Source of the DNA: Basidiobolus meristosporus CBS 931.73
Taxonomy: Eukaryota > Fungi > Basidiobolomycota
Reading direction: 5' to 3'
Assembly (NCBI GenBank): GCA_002104905.1
Contig: MCFE01000351.1
Span: 1 to 64,000, forward strand
DNA length: 64,000 nucleotides
The notes under the pieces: generated by a model
What the model was told of the DNA's origin: nothing
What the model saw: the letters and a program-made list of their open reading frames with translations, nothing else
The model's database searches: none
In this document: in pieces, positions 63,311 through 64,000 of the stretch
Layout: each line of letters starts with the position of its first letter
Numbering within the stretch: the first letter of the stretch is position 1
Program-made: the position numbers and the translations under genes

Positions 63311-64000
63311 TGTTGTGTTGTATTATTATTAGTTTGGGGCTTGTTCTACAATGTAGAGGCTAATCAACAATATACAACAACTTTCAGTATGCTAATACTG
63401 AAATAGTTTATTGGGAGTTTGATATACCGATAGAAGAAATAACTTTCACTAATTTCCTCAATCTTGGGCTCAAAATATACTGTAGGCAGTGTTTATCACT
63501 TCTACAGCAGTGTTCTGACCTTCTGTCGACTAATGGGCTTATTTACTTTTATAGTAACTTTTCCTTATTTGGAAGTCACTTTCCTTTCTGAAAAAATATT
63601 TTCTAATATGGAAATTCTGAACTCCCCTTTAACCTAAAGGGGTGTGTTGTAGAAGTCTCTAAAGGGGTCTTTAGACCTAAAGGGGTGTCTAAAGGGGTGT
63701 CTTTAGAGTAAAGGGGCTTCTTGTAGTGGTCTCTAAAGTGGACTTTACACTAAAGGGGTGCCTAAAGGGGCTTCTTTAGAGTAAAGGGGTTTCCTAAAGG
63801 GGTCTCTAAAGGGGTCTTTAGACTAAAGGGGTGTCTAAAGGGGTGTCTTTAGAGTAAAGGGGTTTCTTAGAGGGGACTTTTCCGACAGAAAAGTGGTAGT
63901 TTCTTGTAGAACTTAGATTGGATTCTTGTGAGCTTTGCAGTCTCTTTACTGATGTAGTACTGATAAAAGTCAGAATACTCAACAGTGCAAGTGATGCAGG
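63311..64000. mobile_element. Young 1.2-kb LTR family copy 5 (inverted, runs off window)
   Basis: TGTTGTGTTG start; near-identical to copies 1 and 3, including GTCGAC. Confidence 0.9.

Overview
This is a eukaryotic, most likely fungal, window (inferred from the transposon families and CpG decay). It consists almost entirely of nested, decayed transposable elements; I recognise no intact host gene, RNA gene or CRISPR array. Families resolved by hand from termini, target-site duplications (TSDs) and peptide motifs: (1) a two-gene CACTA/EnSpm (CMC) family with CCCTAT...ATAGGG ends, in many fragments; (2) a two-gene PIF/Harbinger-superfamily (PHIS) family with AGACTTGTT ends and 3-bp ANT TSDs, including a near-complete 5.5-kb copy (13104-18604), a 733-bp fold-back MITE in 5 copies and a ~180-bp MITE; (3) at least three Ty3/Gypsy lineages; (4) one Ty1/Copia element with a half-tRNA primer site; (5) a young 1.2-kb solo-LTR family in 5 copies carrying a CCCCTTTA array and a terminal hairpin. 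The best candidate for an undescribed system is the ANT-targeting PHIS element with its compact IS5/ISL2-like transposase, divergent second ORF and palindromic non-autonomous partners. All alignments were made by eye, so fragment boundaries without a TSD are approximate, and novelty cannot be confirmed without database searches.
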